From NCBI GenBank assembly GCA_019322435.1, contig JAHWIR010000005.1:67443-131442 (forward strand): 64,000 nucleotides of DNA, written 5' to 3'. This DNA comes from Candidatus Woesearchaeota archaeon. Its GTDB lineage: Archaea > Nanobdellota > Nanobdellia > Woesearchaeales > WJKL01. Below are positions 11,401 through 19,194 of the stretch, piece by piece. Every line of letters begins with the position of its first letter. Within the stretch, counting starts at the first letter, position 1. Position numbers and translations under genes: made by a program. Below the pieces are notes generated by a model that saw only the letters and a list, made by a program, of their open reading frames with translations, made no database searches and was not told the origin of the DNA.

Positions 11401-11518
11401 TCACATCCTTGTCTCCGCTGTATTTGGTCATCTCAAAGGTTGTTGCTGCATAAGCTATAGGGAGAGATAGGATTAGCAAAATCATTACAATGGCTTGTGT
11501 TATTATTGTCTTATTCAT
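8474..11518 (-). CDS. Large secreted protein with a Cys-rich C-terminal domain, hypothetical.
   Basis: The ORF track starts at a TTG (11530). An in-frame ATG at 11518 (MNKTIITQAIVMILLILSLPIAYA, a signal peptide) is the more likely start and overlaps the upstream stop. The C-terminal ~300 aa carry >20 Cys. Confidence 0.55.
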   Translation of the reverse strand: MNKTIITQAIVMILLILSLPIAYAATTFEMTKYSGDKDVNGYFEEYDRWFLVANAEVDGDSEITPNQVKINKEFPFQECTRTAGNLFTCTYTGEYYTLPISTYPATFTLHSDTGVVLKTVEKDMTIDNLAPEITLTGDVVQDLQEVIIPLKVTDRANENEFTRCSGISRIEFLDGSRLLHEIIIDSPEQCIFSNTTIVSLSYSDTILIKAYDRMGFVASETITGFIHDNNPPIILPNSFELLKDGIPIGNSAPGEPFKAVIKIKIEDDTVQNLEARADLSDIGAGSDITTTDCIEDGFYITCTWSDVNVDISAGKTAHLFFHATDAYGNQAAPALVTRDFNIDTDAPEITFIGTDYAFEGKSYIGDKPVDIIVKLTETGSGISSSQISLYLSLINPDYGNDVKADRCDQAGSTWTCRWHNLTTTKSHGSSLSVFIVTARDNAGNIATGTTSANIIVDTQDPIIDSVEWVAFEETQRPEGVAVSHDSLAVVVQGTDEAGIRAIGNFSGVYDHIDADELPATECTKTGNEFQCYWNIPSIKSGYVNTTMDIKILDSAGNFDTADKSIEIFALEDDEYPDYWTVDSVNIQPSKGIDTQLAMIVEPRVYAVVDLSTDSEAEIVDISIRECTGDDYETFVEGEGIFNNGRGTTNPYLVFQFDDADYPIKDSPLKFNCTIELVSLYNNQLSYIEEEIIEIAVPLYSNRLGEASSEIKEKIKKSKDEFIDSWWADIDKWRNYMGLAEQICDAILALQDLEVIIGTVKLAVDDIGAPGKAVSIAACMTEEFVGETKEGMYGEVTKFCKFWNCRLSPDPEKEKGAWGVVGGWQETGNWILNLCGGDIANRWFGGAKDKAKDPNEYLNAKDNLFVAVATLCIPGILAAAERYRQIGCRHIICLKGSANTGVSTHACDELKHYEICKYLVGELFNACPITAVFSNIINSVKQALSEPLTVIGVSIEAVCLYLCATNRKRNAACRIYELLIMGIELYEDVVGILEPDNYIYTAGEDYCKTAEKLLK

Positions 11519-13610
11519 ATTCTGGCTCAATATGTTTTCTGAATTTTGCTGAAAGTTTTTCTATGTTAGGCACAGCTTCTTCTACTTTTCTTGGAAGGTT
11601 AGGGCTTATCACATAGAATATGATTTCCTTGCTTTCATAGAGGTCTTTAGGAGTTACTTCAAGAGGTCCTGTCTTTTCATTTAAGATTGCTCCTCCTGAA
11701 GGATATTCATCGAATACAACTTTTGGAATAGTGTACTCTTTCTTTGCGCCTAATTGCCGTGAAATCCAATCTGCTCCTGTGCTTCTTTTGTCTTTAGGAA
11801 TCACAACTTTTTGCTTGAGTATTACATTGCCAGTTAGTTCATAGGTTCCTGGAACTATTCTTTGCAGTACAGAAGGCTCTGTTTGGTTTCCCTTGAACTG
11901 CACTGCTGAGACTAACTCTGGATCTCCTGGTGTGCTTGGGATTCTTTCAAAGCCCAAGATGGCTATTTCTTTCTCTCTAAGAGGTATTGGCTGATCACTT
12001 AGTTTATTGCTCCTGATTGTGTATGGAAGGCTTTTTACTGTTATGTTTATATTAGCATAAGGATATGCTTGTGTTACAACAAATTCATTTCTGCCTATTC
12101 TTGTTGTTAGTGGTTTTGCAGGGATAAAATAATCATTATGTATAAAGGAAACAACACCCCCTAAACAGCCAGGAAGTTTTGTGGTTAATTCTCCGTTTTC
12201 ATCTGTCATTCCTGTGAAACAGCTCTCTTCTCCGCAAGTATATGTAACCTGGACTTTTGATATTCCTTTTGCAGGATCTAATGCATCTTCTATTTTGATG
12301 CTTATATCTCCGCTGTTTCTCAAGTCAAAATCACAGAACTGTGTTCCTGTAGGAACAAAGGATGTTTCATAGCCAGGGAAGTCTGCCACAATAGGCTGGT
12401 TGTTTCTTACATTGCCTTCCAATGCAAACTTAAAAGAATAGCCTCTTCTGTCAAATGCATAGGGGTCTGATATGTCAACAACAGTAGGGAAGGATATATC
12501 ATAGCTAAAGGAATACCTCTGGACCCCCACTAATGTAAGCAAGGGGTTGTTCATCTTTTCTGGCTCGCATATGTCGCCTTTGCAGTCAAGGTCAAAGTAG
12601 ATTGGCCACCATCCAAGATAGTCAAAGGTTGTTCCGAAATCATTGTATTTTTTATCATAGTTTAGAGGGACGTCCATTGCATAGAAAGCTGTTTTTACAT
12701 CATCTCCTGCAATGATTCTTGGGTCATGGTTTAGTGTGAAGGGGATTTGCAAGGCTCCTGTATAAGTCATCAAAAGGGACTGCACATCTTGTTTTACTAT
12801 TGTCTTTGACCAGATTGTGCCTCCTGCAAAATTAAATTCCATATCTGTCTTTGGAGGCAGAGCATCTGAGTCAGTAGAGGCAAATGCTGAGATAACATTT
12901 AGGATCTGGTTCTCAAGGAAATTGTATTCTACTTGTGTGTTTGTTATTTCTGTGGCAAAGTTGTAGATTCTTTTGAATTCAACTGGAAGGGATACATAGA
13001 AATCCTCAATCCTGTGGGAAATGTCTCCTCTTTTTATTTCAACAGGATAATTGACAAAGATGCTGATATCAAAATCTTCGATTCTGACTGTAGCTGATGC
13101 AGGGCTTTCTTGTATTTCAAAGCCCTGCTCTATAAATGATTCATAGTTCAAGCAGGAGATTAGTTTTTTATTGATATAATCCTTTGCCTGGGATTCAATC
13201 ATGGTTAAAGAAGGTCTCATGGAGCTGAAAGAGCAGTCTCCTGTGCATTTGTTTGGAGACTTAAGAAAATGCCAGTAAGGGATTGCCATATCTGAGCCTA
13301 GAGAGAATTTAAGGCCTTCTGCTTCTGTTGGATTGATAGAGCTTGTTACAATGCCGTAATCAGATGGGTTTATGTATCCGCCGCGGTCACCTATCTTTCT
13401 GAAGGCATCTTCTGATATTGCATAGATGCAGTCTTCAATAAAAAGCCTTACAGGCCTTACTTCAGAAGGTATCTCTGTTATTGCTGGAATTGCTTCTGGC
13501 TCTAGCTCTTTTTCAACTACAATTGAACGGATGTATAAGAAAGATGCGAATAACAACAGAATTACTATCCCTAGTATTATATATAGAGTTATCTGCCCTC
13601 TTTTTTCCAC
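11511..13610 (-). CDS. Surface protein with a prepilin-like (class III) N-terminus. Paralogue of 3651-5552, first gene of the operon.
   Basis: The ORF-track start (13625) is a TTG. A GTG at 13610, preceded by GAGGGGA 6-7 nt upstream, gives the N-terminus M-EKRGQITLYIILGIVILLL, which parallels MRKKGQITLFIILGIV of the paralogue. A TATA box (TTTATAAAGGG on the minus strand) lies about 40 bp upstream. Confidence 0.55.
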   Translation of the reverse strand: MEKRGQITLYIILGIVILLLFASFLYIRSIVVEKELEPEAIPAITEIPSEVRPVRLFIEDCIYAISEDAFRKIGDRGGYINPSDYGIVTSSINPTEAEGLKFSLGSDMAIPYWHFLKSPNKCTGDCSFSSMRPSLTMIESQAKDYINKKLISCLNYESFIEQGFEIQESPASATVRIEDFDISIFVNYPVEIKRGDISHRIEDFYVSLPVEFKRIYNFATEITNTQVEYNFLENQILNVISAFASTDSDALPPKTDMEFNFAGGTIWSKTIVKQDVQSLLMTYTGALQIPFTLNHDPRIIAGDDVKTAFYAMDVPLNYDKKYNDFGTTFDYLGWWPIYFDLDCKGDICEPEKMNNPLLTLVGVQRYSFSYDISFPTVVDISDPYAFDRRGYSFKFALEGNVRNNQPIVADFPGYETSFVPTGTQFCDFDLRNSGDISIKIEDALDPAKGISKVQVTYTCGEESCFTGMTDENGELTTKLPGCLGGVVSFIHNDYFIPAKPLTTRIGRNEFVVTQAYPYANINITVKSLPYTIRSNKLSDQPIPLREKEIAILGFERIPSTPGDPELVSAVQFKGNQTEPSVLQRIVPGTYELTGNVILKQKVVIPKDKRSTGADWISRQLGAKKEYTIPKVVFDEYPSGGAILNEKTGPLEVTPKDLYESKEIIFYVISPNLPRKVEEAVPNIEKLSAKFRKHIEPEYE

Positions 13611-13706
13611 TATTGTTCCCCTCAAGGTAAAAATATCTATTTACCCTTTATAAACTTTGCGATAAATTGAGATGGAAATTATGATACTCATATCATTTTG
13701 GGTAAA

Positions 13707-13741
13707 TTTTTTCTCCCCTTAACTTTCGTGGGGAGAAAAAA
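13707..13741. promoter_or_regulatory. Perfect 12-bp-stem hairpin (TTTTTTCTCCCC-N11-GGGGAGAAAAAA) in the divergent promoter region between the surface-protein operon and 13824.
   Basis: Read directly from the sequence. Flanked by TATA boxes facing both directions. Confidence 0.5.
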
Positions 13742-13823
13742 TTTAGTTTCCTTTGTAAATCGCGCATTTTTTAATCTAAATAGGTAGAAACTTTTATATA
13801 CAAATGAGTTTATCATTACTTAA

Positions 13824-14657
13824 ATGGCATTAAGATTAGAACCTTATGTTAGAAAGCAGTTGGCTGCTGGTTATGATATTAAGACAATTAGGGATTTTCT
13901 TATAAGAAGCGGTTATGATGTAAGGGATATTAATAAAGCGATTGATGCTGTTTATAAGAAAAAGCCTAGAAAACCAATTCCATTAAAAGGTGTTCTTGTT
14001 GCTGTGCTGATTATTGTTGTCTTGATTGCAGGGATATTGTTCATCTTCAACATAATGGGGGAGGAAGAGGTTGTTGAGACAGTCACTTTTGCCTATGAAA
14101 GAGAAGTAGAGGAAGTAAAGCCTTTGGTTAAAGAAGAGATTCCAGGAGGGGCTGTTGTTGTTGTGGAAGAGATAACATGCCCTGACAGCTGCGATGACAA
14201 GGATGCATGCACTATAGATTACTGCGGAAAGGAAACAAGCTATGTATGTGTTAATCAAAGAGTAAGGCCTTGCTGCGGAAATGATATCTGCGAAGGCGGA
14301 GAAACAAGTGATAATTGCAGGGCTGACTGCAAAGAAGTTGAAGTGTATATTGCTCCTGCTGCTGCAGAATCACTGACTGATGTTGTGCTGGAAGCAAAGG
14401 AACTGGCAAAGGCAAGTCCAGGCAGTGCTGCCAGCTACTGTTCAAGGCAGACAAAGCAGAATGTAAAAGACAGCTGCTATAAAGCTGTTGCTGAGAGTGC
14501 AAAGCAAAGCGTGTATTGCGATGAGATTGTATCTGAGCTAAAAGCTGACAGCTGCTATGTGACTGCTGCAACAGAATGGAATGATTTTAGTGTTTGCGCA
14601 AAAATAAATGACAAATATCTGCAATTAGCCTGCAATAATTTGGCTGAAGCTAGTTAA
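13824..14657 (+). CDS. Membrane-anchored protein with an extracellular paired-Cys repeat domain, hypothetical.
   Basis: 277-aa ORF with one TM helix (VLVAVLIIVVLIAGILFIF). The C-terminal repeats follow the pattern S.C..I......SCY...A and end in ACNNLAEAS. A TATA box (TTTTATATA, 13793-13801) about 25 bp upstream suggests a leaderless transcript. Confidence 0.5.
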   Translation: MALRLEPYVRKQLAAGYDIKTIRDFLIRSGYDVRDINKAIDAVYKKKPRKPIPLKGVLVAVLIIVVLIAGILFIFNIMGEEEVVETVTFAYEREVEEVKPLVKEEIPGGAVVVVEEITCPDSCDDKDACTIDYCGKETSYVCVNQRVRPCCGNDICEGGETSDNCRADCKEVEVYIAPAAAESLTDVVLEAKELAKASPGSAASYCSRQTKQNVKDSCYKAVAESAKQSVYCDEIVSELKADSCYVTAATEWNDFSVCAKINDKYLQLACNNLAEAS

Positions 14658-14895
14658 TTAATTCAAGTTCTTTTGCTCTTTTTTTTGAAACTTCTTCTAG
14701 AGGTTCTATTCCCCTCTCTTCAAGAATTGTTTCTTGTTCTGGTGTGAGATCTTTTTCTATATTATATCTCCAACGATAATCTCCAAGAGCTACTTTATAT
14801 TTTCCTGGCTCTTCAGTTATAGAACAGCCTAATAAATCAGAAATCTCTTCTATTCTATCTTCTGGTAAATGAAGTTTTGATAGATATTCCATCAT
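14650..14895 (-). CDS. Small acidic hypothetical protein.
   Basis: 81-aa ORF, last of four tightly packed minus-strand genes downstream of metG. Confidence 0.35.
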   Translation of the reverse strand: MMEYLSKLHLPEDRIEEISDLLGCSITEEPGKYKVALGDYRWRYNIEKDLTPEQETILEERGIEPLEEVSKKRAKELELIN

Positions 14896-14902
14896 TTATC
14901 AC

Positions 14903-15088
14903 CTATTGACATTTTATTTTATAATTTTTAAAATATTGATAAGATTCTTCGAGTATGTCTTCATATGTTGGAGCAATAAGTTTGGGTAAATCTGGCTTTT
15001 GATATCTGCATCGGGTTGCTCCTGATACTTTTGCAAGCCTGACATTTATTTTAGGTTTAGAGTCTTTACAGACAGTATCTATTGACAT
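14903..15088 (-). CDS. Small hypothetical protein with an NVRLAKV N-terminal motif.
   Basis: 61-aa ORF. Its N-terminal codons are duplicated, at nucleotide and protein level, in the adjacent 15090-15323 gene. Confidence 0.35.
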   Translation of the reverse strand: MSIDTVCKDSKPKINVRLAKVSGATRCRYQKPDLPKLIAPTYEDILEESYQYFKNYKIKCQ

Positions 15089-15089
15089 T

Positions 15090-15323
15090 TTATTTAATAT
15101 ATTTCAAATCTTGATTTCTATATGCTTCTGGAATTTCTTTGCCTGCTGCTTCCATTTCAGCTATTTTTCTTTGTTCAAACTTTATAGCATTTTCATTTAC
15201 TTGCTGCAATACTTCATCATCTGTTGGAGTGAATAAAAATTCTCTTGCTAAGCCTAATCTTTCTTCTAATTCTCTTCTTTCTCTTGATCCTTGTACTTTT
15301 GCAAGTCTAACATTTAGCGCCAT
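15090..15323 (-). CDS. Small hypothetical protein with an NVRLAKV N-terminal motif.
   Basis: 77-aa ORF beginning MALNVRLAKVQGS. There is a 1-bp gap to the next gene. Confidence 0.4.
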   Translation of the reverse strand: MALNVRLAKVQGSRERRELEERLGLAREFLFTPTDDEVLQQVNENAIKFEQRKIAEMEAAGKEIPEAYRNQDLKYIK

Positions 15324-15355
15324 AAAAGAAAGATAGAAGTTAGTTTATAAAAAGT

Positions 15356-16843
15356 TTATTTAATTCTCTGAAACAAAATCTCTGGCTTGCCAATCTTATG
15401 GTTTTTCAAATCAAAATTCAAATCTTTCCAAGTCAGTTTCTTAAGTTTTAATTGTTTCTGCAGTTTTTCAGCTGCTTCTGGTATGATTGGCTGCAGTAAT
15501 ATAGATAGGTTTTTTACAATATTAACACAGGTTCCTAGAACTTCATGAGAGGTTTCCAGGTTTTTCCATGGCTCTTTTTGCTGGAAGTATTGGTTGCCTA
15601 GAGCTGAGACTGCCAGGATGCCTTCAATTACTTTTTTGAAGTCGTATTCTTCATAGGATTTTTTTATATCATCGAATTTTGCAGTGATCTCAGTCACCAT
15701 TGGAGTTGGATCAGAATCTTTTATCTCAGATTTGTAGTTTTTCTCTGTGAAAGACAGAACTCTGTAGCAGAAGTTTGAGAAGTTTCCAACCAGTTCTGTG
15801 TTTATTCTTTCTCTTACCAAATCTTCTGAATATTCTCCGTCTCCGTCAATTGGCATTGAGTTCAGGATGTAGAACCTGTAAGGGTCAACTCCGAAGATCT
15901 TGATCTGATCAAAAGGTTCAATTACATTTCCTGTTGATTTGCTCATCTTGGCTCCGCCTTTTGCCAATACCCAGCCGTGTACAAACAGCTCTTTTGGCAG
16001 AGGAACTTTTCCTGATATCAGCATTGCAGGCCAGAAAGCTGCATGGAATCTTAGGATATCTTTTCCAATGACATGGATGTCTGCTGGCCAGTGTTTTTTG
16101 AATTCATCTTCTTCACGTCCATAGCCAACTCCTGTTATATAATTAGACAGAGCATCGCACCAGACATACATTATTTGTGATGGATCTCCTGGAACAGGAA
16201 TTCCCCAAGGCAGTGATGTTTTTGGTCTTGAGAATGAAATGTCTTTTGCTTGTTTTAACCAGGATAGAATTTCATTTTTTCTGATTTCAGGAACAACTTT
16301 GTATTTGTTCCTTTTGATGATATCTATGACTTGGTCTTTGTATTTTGAAAGTTTAAAAAAGTAATTTTCTTCTTCTATTGCTTCTATCTCTCTTGTTGGG
16401 TGTTCAGGGCATTTTTTATCAACCAGTTCTTTCTCTGTCTTGAATGCTTCGCAGCCAGTGCAGTACATTCCTTTGTATTTTTTCTTGTAGATGTCTCCTG
16501 CTTTAACTAAAGCTTCCCCTAGTTTTATTGCTCCTGGATAATGTGTTTTTTCATCTGTTGTTCGGATAAAATTATCATAATTTACATTAAGTAATTTGTA
16601 TAAATCCTTGAATACTTTTACATTTGCATCCAGGAAATCAATTACATCTTTTCCCTGCTTTTTAGCTGTCTGCCAGTTTTTAGTTCCATGCTCATCTGTT
16701 CCTGTCTGAAACCAAACATCTTTTCCTAGAAGCTTGTAGAATCTAGCTAAAGCATCTGCCTGGATTATCTCTAATGCATGGCCCTGATGCGGAGGCCCGT
16801 TTGGATATGCAATAGCTGTTGTAATGTAAAATTTTTTTGGCAT
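15356..16843 (-). CDS. metG: Methionyl-tRNA synthetase.
   Basis: HIGH-type motif (PHQGHA) near the N-terminus, a KMSKS motif (GAKMSKSTGNV), and Zn-knuckle cysteines (CTGCEAF...CPEH). 495 aa. Confidence 0.9.
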   Translation of the reverse strand: MPKKFYITTAIAYPNGPPHQGHALEIIQADALARFYKLLGKDVWFQTGTDEHGTKNWQTAKKQGKDVIDFLDANVKVFKDLYKLLNVNYDNFIRTTDEKTHYPGAIKLGEALVKAGDIYKKKYKGMYCTGCEAFKTEKELVDKKCPEHPTREIEAIEEENYFFKLSKYKDQVIDIIKRNKYKVVPEIRKNEILSWLKQAKDISFSRPKTSLPWGIPVPGDPSQIMYVWCDALSNYITGVGYGREEDEFKKHWPADIHVIGKDILRFHAAFWPAMLISGKVPLPKELFVHGWVLAKGGAKMSKSTGNVIEPFDQIKIFGVDPYRFYILNSMPIDGDGEYSEDLVRERINTELVGNFSNFCYRVLSFTEKNYKSEIKDSDPTPMVTEITAKFDDIKKSYEEYDFKKVIEGILAVSALGNQYFQQKEPWKNLETSHEVLGTCVNIVKNLSILLQPIIPEAAEKLQKQLKLKKLTWKDLNFDLKNHKIGKPEILFQRIK

Positions 16844-16866
16844 AACGGATTGAGTTAATTTTAAAT

Positions 16867-17235
16867 TTATAAACCTTTGTTTTTTCTTTCTTTTAGAATT
16901 GTCTCAAGTAATGAAATCTTTTTTTCTATTACTTGTTTCATAGATCTTCCTTGCTTGTCTTTGGTACTATAAGTTAGATAGAATCCATTTTTCCAATTGA
17001 GATGTTCAATATATTTTTGGATTGTATTTGAAGGTGTGTCTTCCAATATTTCTCTTGGATTATCACTATCTTCAATTGTAAATAAATAGAATAAGCATTC
17101 GCCTTCCTCTTCGCAGATATTACAAGGCAAATCATATTCCTCAAAACCTCTTTTCTCAGATTCTTCACTACAAGATTTAACATCTCCTGTCATGATCTTA
17201 TTATAATTATCTTCTGCAGAATCTTCTAAAGACAT
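16867..17235 (-). CDS. Hypothetical acidic protein.
   Basis: 122-aa ORF upstream of metG on the same strand. Confidence 0.4.
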   Translation of the reverse strand: MSLEDSAEDNYNKIMTGDVKSCSEESEKRGFEEYDLPCNICEEEGECLFYLFTIEDSDNPREILEDTPSNTIQKYIEHLNWKNGFYLTYSTKDKQGRSMKQVIEKKISLLETILKERKNKGL

Positions 17236-17267
17236 AACAAATATAAAAGAAAGAGCAATTTAAAAAG

Positions 17268-17669
17268 TTATTTCTTTGGCTTCTTCATCTTCTTGGTGAT
17301 GCCAATCTTTTCCCCGCATTTGTTGCAGGTGAAGACATACGCTTTGACTCCTCTCCAAGATTTTAATTTGTACTCAGTAGTTGCTTCTCCTTCATCACCG
17401 CAATGAGGACATTTGTATTCAATCTCTACTTTTAGATTTGGATCCATCTCTGCTTTATCTACTTCATATCCACATTCCTTGCATGTGTAGATTTTTGCTC
17501 TTGATTTTACTTTTCCTGTTTTTGGGTCAACTGGCTTTCCCATTTTTACTTTTTCGCATTTTGGACACATTGGCTTCTTGACCCATGCAATGATAGTCCC
17601 TTTTCCATCATCTATTGTTCTGTTAGTAAAGTAAAAACATTCATCCATTGATTCTGGCATTGTTACCAT
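17268..17669 (-). CDS. Zinc-ribbon protein, hypothetical.
   Basis: 133-aa ORF with four CxxC pairs (CPKC, CKEC, CPHC, CNKC) and a K-rich tail. Confidence 0.5.
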   Translation of the reverse strand: MVTMPESMDECFYFTNRTIDDGKGTIIAWVKKPMCPKCEKVKMGKPVDPKTGKVKSRAKIYTCKECGYEVDKAEMDPNLKVEIEYKCPHCGDEGEATTEYKLKSWRGVKAYVFTCNKCGEKIGITKKMKKPKK

Positions 17670-17670
17670 T

Positions 17671-18222
17671 TTAGTTTACCTCATACATATCTCCATGTCC
17701 TGGAACTATGAAATCTGCTTTTTCTTTAACTATTTTTCTGCTTTGTTCTAGTTTTTTCTTGTTAGATGCATAAGGATCATCTTCTGGTTCGTCTTCTTTC
17801 CAAAAAACATCTCCTGCAACAGCAACAATACCTTTTTCTGTTTTGACTAACAAAGTAATGGCATCATAATTATGTCCTGGTGTTTTTATTATTTCAATAT
17901 CCTCTGAAAATTTAGGATTCCAGTCATCAACTGTATCTTTTTCCCAGATTCCCCAGTAATCCAATGCTTTTGCATTTGGAAACATTCCAATGTTTCTATA
18001 ATGATCCATATGAGAATGGGTTATGCAGACATAGTTTATATCTTCTATTGATAATCCTTCTTTTTTCAATGCATTGATTAGAATTTGCCTGTCTTTTAAT
18101 GTTCCCGGGTCAACAACCATGTTGATATCTTTGTCTTGAATCAAGGTTATTGTGCATTGGGTTTTTTCCTCTCCTGACTCTTCAGATGTATATCCTTGAA
18201 CTAAGATTTTGACTTGTGCCAT
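17671..18222 (-). CDS. MBL-fold metallo-hydrolase.
   Basis: HxHxDH motif (ITHSHMDHY) with downstream His/Asp ligands (PGHNYD, GHGD). 183 aa. Confidence 0.7.
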   Translation of the reverse strand: MAQVKILVQGYTSEESGEEKTQCTITLIQDKDINMVVDPGTLKDRQILINALKKEGLSIEDINYVCITHSHMDHYRNIGMFPNAKALDYWGIWEKDTVDDWNPKFSEDIEIIKTPGHNYDAITLLVKTEKGIVAVAGDVFWKEDEPEDDPYASNKKKLEQSRKIVKEKADFIVPGHGDMYEVN

Positions 18223-18314
18223 AGTTAGAAAAATTAGATTGTTATTTATTAAGGTTACGTTTTTGAAAATTAAAAACGAAGTTAAAAAAGCTTCGCGTTT
18301 TTTAACTTGTGGTT

Positions 18315-19154
18315 TTATCGTACAGGAACTAATTTGTCTGATTTCTTTTTAGGTGATTTAAGCCTATACTGGTCATCTCCAACTTCTTCTAATTGTTGTT
18401 TCATGTTTTTTACAAAAGCATCTCTAGAAGGAAACTTGTTATAAGATAATAATAGCCCGTTATGCTTATAGAAAGTTTTTATTACATCTCCTATTGGAGA
18501 TTCTTCATCTTGAGCTTGTGCTTTTGTGCTATATAGGTCTGCTGATAATATATAGATAAATCCAATTTTCTTGCTATCAAAATAAATACCAAGAGGTTTT
18601 AATCTGCGGAAAAATTTTTGAGGTCTTAAGCGCTGCTTGGTTTTATTACCAACAGATCCTCTCCACGAACCTAATGTAAGTTCAACAAGAGTAAGTAATC
18701 CGCTTGTACCAATATGATCTTCGGGGGAAGTTCCAGTACGAAACACAAAATCATAATCATATACCCAATAATTTTCTGAATCCTTGTTTCCTTTTTCTAC
18801 GACAAGTCTTCCAGCTCCATTATATCCAACACCATCCATACCGCCGCGAGTCATTATAGGAGGTCTCAAATCAATCCTCAATTCTGGATGTTCATTTGCT
18901 ATATCTTCTATATCTAAGGTAACGTCAATTTCAGAAAAATGTTGTGCAAACTTCTCTTCTGTAAGAATGTCTTCTTCCTTGATTACCCCTTTAGATAGAA
19001 GTTCTGTTTTGCGTGTTCCCCAATCATAATCTTCTTGAAGTTTTTCCTCAAGCAACCCATGAAATCTTTTTAATTCAGGTGTGATAACTATATCAATTCT
19101 TTCTGAACGAGGTGCTACAAACCTTTTTCTTGGATTATGAAATCTTCTTACCAT
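18315..19154 (-). CDS. Hypothetical protein.
   Basis: 279-aa ORF with a clean ATG start. It is followed on the minus strand by a hairpin and T-tract in 18223-18314. Confidence 0.45.
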   Translation of the reverse strand: MVRRFHNPRKRFVAPRSERIDIVITPELKRFHGLLEEKLQEDYDWGTRKTELLSKGVIKEEDILTEEKFAQHFSEIDVTLDIEDIANEHPELRIDLRPPIMTRGGMDGVGYNGAGRLVVEKGNKDSENYWVYDYDFVFRTGTSPEDHIGTSGLLTLVELTLGSWRGSVGNKTKQRLRPQKFFRRLKPLGIYFDSKKIGFIYILSADLYSTKAQAQDEESPIGDVIKTFYKHNGLLLSYNKFPSRDAFVKNMKQQLEEVGDDQYRLKSPKKKSDKLVPVR

Positions 19155-19194
19155 TAAAACATATATAGCATATAGATATAAAAAGTTAATGGAA

